NCBI GenBank assembly: GCA_038214755.1 | Contig: JBBQRQ010000031.1 | Span: 1 to 48,622 of the forward strand | DNA from: Verrucomicrobiota bacterium | Lineage (GTDB): Bacteria > Verrucomicrobiota > Verrucomicrobiia > Limisphaerales > CANJXF01 | Direction: 5' to 3' | Length of the DNA stretch: 48,622 bases | In this document: positions 46,598 to 48,622 of the stretch, in pieces | How the letters are laid out: the number at the start of each line of letters is the position of its first letter | Position numbering within the stretch: the stretch's first letter is position 1 | Made by a program: the position numbers and the translations under genes | The notes under the pieces: model-generated | The model's database searches: none | What the model was told of the DNA's origin: nothing | Seen by the model: the letters and a program-made list of their open reading frames with translations, nothing else

Positions 46598-47611
46598 TCA
46601 ATCCAGCGGACTTCTCACACCCATGCCCGGCTGCTGCATGACGTGCGTATAAATTTGCGTCGTCTCCACGCTTTTATGGCCGAGCAATTCCTGCAACGAA
46701 CGAATATCTGTGCCCGATTCCAGCAGATGCGTCGCAAACGAATGCCGGAACGTGTGCGGACTGGCTGGTTTGCTCAAACTCGATTTCTTCGCCGCCGCCT
46801 TCACTAGTCTTTGGATGCTGTGCTCATGAAAATGATGGCGCACCATCTCCCGCGAATAGGGATCACGACAGAGGTTGGCCGACGGAAAAATAAATTGCCA
46901 CGCCCATTCCTTCCTCGCGTTCGGATATTTTTTCCGCAACGCATAGGGTAGCGACACCGTTCCAAAACCCTCCGCCAGATCGTCCTCATGCAATCGCTCC
47001 ACTTTTTTCAAATGTTGTTGTAGTTCAAGCTTGAGCTTGTTCGGCAGCATCGTGACTCGATCTTTATCGCCTTTGCCATTGCGCACCATGATTCGGTTCC
47101 GGGCGAAATCCACATCCTTCACCCAGAACCGCAACGCCTCCGTCAAACGCATTCCCGTTCCATAGAGCAATTGCGCGAACAACTTCGGCGTTCCCTCCAT
47201 TTGGGCGAACAAGCGATCCAACTCTTCCCGCGTCAACACTTCCGGCAAATACTTGGAAACACGCGCTCTCGGCACGTCCGCCATATACTCCAGCTTTTTT
47301 TCCAACACCCGCTGGTAAAGAAATAAAATCGCGCTCAAAGCCTGATTCTGCGTGGAGGCGGTGACCTGATCGACGACGGCCAAGTGGGTTAAGAATTCCT
47401 TAATCTCCGCCTCGGCCATTTCTCGCGGATGCTTCCCCTTGTGAAAACGGATGAACCGGCGGATCCAACCCAAATACGCTTCCTCGGTGCGCAATGAATA
47501 GTGTTTGACCCGCAACGCCTCCCGGACTTTTTCCGACAACATGAGGGGCTTGGATTTTTCCGCTTGCGTTGGCGGTAAATTATCAGATGCTTCGTTCATC
47601 ATTAACGCCAC
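46598..47611 (-). CDS. intI: Integron integrase (start may be ATG 47602)
   Basis: YSLRTEEAY, ASTQNQALSA, YGTGMR, GKGDKDR, IntI-specific patch LPYALRKKYP..WAWQFIFP, HTFRHSFATH, LGH, IYTH. Confidence 0.95.
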   Translation of the reverse strand: MALMMNEASDNLPPTQAEKSKPLMLSEKVREALRVKHYSLRTEEAYLGWIRRFIRFHKGKHPREMAEAEIKEFLTHLAVVDQVTASTQNQALSAILFLYQRVLEKKLEYMADVPRARVSKYLPEVLTREELDRLFAQMEGTPKLFAQLLYGTGMRLTEALRFWVKDVDFARNRIMVRNGKGDKDRVTMLPNKLKLELQQHLKKVERLHEDDLAEGFGTVSLPYALRKKYPNARKEWAWQFIFPSANLCRDPYSREMVRHHFHEHSIQRLVKAAAKKSSLSKPASPHTFRHSFATHLLESGTDIRSLQELLGHKSVETTQIYTHVMQQPGMGVRSPLD

Positions 47612-47689
47612 TGAGAAGACACGATGACACGGAATTTGTCAGATAAATTTTCACGCCGCGAATGCGACCTAATGTCTCCTAAAAAAATT

Positions 47690-47724
47690 AGGCCAACATC
47701 GATGCGGCATAATTATAGTTAGCC
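47690..47724 (+). other. attI site (core GTTAGCC at 47718-47724)
   Basis: gcataat-tata-gttagcc L/R-box arrangement upstream of the divergent intI; complementary GGCTAAC at 48521. Confidence 0.75.
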
Positions 47725-47741
47725 GTCTTGACGCGCGTCCT

Positions 47742-48284
47742 GTGAACACTGCGAACAATTCCAGAAAGACCTTGATGCAGGGTCTTTATTATCCTGCGGT
47801 TCTCGGGACCGGTCTGGTCCTTATTCTATTTCGCCTTACCATGCACCGCAGTGTGACGGCTGCGCTTGGCGACTTTGCCCTCTACTTCGGGCTTCTGTTC
47901 GCATTCTTCTTCAGCATCTCCTTTCTAATCAACCAAGATACGCCGATTGACCAGTATGGCCTCGGCGCGTTTCTCTGCGATGTAGTGGAGGTGTTGCTGG
48001 TCTTCGGGGCTTACTTTTGCCTCGGTCTTTTCAACACAAATCAGATTGTTGCGCCTGACCTCCGCAGTGTCTATTTCATCACAGCTATCGTCGTCCTAGT
48101 GCAGAACGGTTGGAACTTCGCTGCGGGCTTCCGCCTTCCTTCATTATTGCTTCTCAGCCTCTTATCTTGTGCCATCCTTCTCTCTGCATTCTTCTGGGGC
48201 TATCCGCATCTGTGGGCCAACATCACAACGACAGCGATACTCTATGTGCTTCTCGCCTTTTACTACCGCTCAATTGTCGCCTAG
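47742..48284 (+). CDS. Gene-cassette ORF, multi-TM membrane protein of unknown function
   Basis: Starts about 20 nt after the attI core; about six hydrophobic segments; alternative ATG at 47775. Confidence 0.7.
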   Translation: MNTANNSRKTLMQGLYYPAVLGTGLVLILFRLTMHRSVTAALGDFALYFGLLFAFFFSISFLINQDTPIDQYGLGAFLCDVVEVLLVFGAYFCLGLFNTNQIVAPDLRSVYFITAIVVLVQNGWNFAAGFRLPSLLLLSLLSCAILLSAFFWGYPHLWANITTTAILYVLLAFYYRSIVA

Positions 48285-48520
48285 CCAAGCATTACGTGGA
48301 TTCTCCGTTCTGCGTCTCGAACGCTCGAACCCGCCATCTGCGCTCGAAAAGAAGGAGCGGACTTCGAGAGCGTCTCGACAACAGGAAATTTTTTAGGGGA
48401 GGGTTTAGCTATGCGACGCGACTTCTCCGATACCCACGCGGTTCCCGTCGGATTTTACTCCACGAGTCGGCCCTGCTTTTCGCGTCGTTCGCCTCGGAAT
48501 TCCAATCCGAACGAAATAAC

Positions 48521-48622
48521 GGCTAACAATGGCGCTGCAGAGAACCGCTCCGGGCGGCGGCGCGTGTCACGCTGGCTGCTCCCCGCAGAGCCCGCCGCGC
48601 AGCCAGCGCGCCACGCGCCGCC
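48521..48622 (+). other. attC site, left part, truncated by the window end
   Basis: R'' GGCTAAC followed by GC-rich imperfect palindrome ggcggcgcgtg..cgctggctgc...gcagccagcg..cacgcgccgcc. Confidence 0.8.

Noticed and set aside
1..48622. tRNA, rRNA, prophage or transposase genes
   Set aside because: None recognised by eye; tRNAscan and Rfam searches would be needed to exclude small RNAs.

Overview
About 48.6 kb of roughly 55% GC bacterial DNA, most likely a Verrucomicrobiota (Pedosphaerales-like) chromosome. This is inferred from a Minf_1886-like gene, a PEP-CTERM protein, a PVC-type heme protein, DUF1080 proteins and '-RFYR'-tailed secreted proteins. It carries housekeeping and metabolic genes (prfC, an orphan nuoA, anmK, nagA, a GT2, M16 and M28 peptidases), an ECF sigma/anti-sigma-TPR-DUF4331-HupE/UreJ module with two matching CATCC-N16-CGT promoter candidates, five type II toxin-antitoxin loci and, at the right end, an integron (intI, attI and a first cassette whose attC is cut by the window edge). 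The most striking signal is a dense, multi-family population of palindromic REP/MITE-like elements. They fill intergenic spaces, nest inside one another, and sit in frame inside conserved proteins: four to five in one ABC permease, one in release factor 3 and one in AnmK. One 29-nt piece encodes the same peptide (SAAVTDAPLQ) in two unrelated proteins. Second, four of the five toxins are broken (three by frameshifts, one by truncation) while all five antitoxins are intact. All family assignments come from motif recognition by eye; no database searches were run.
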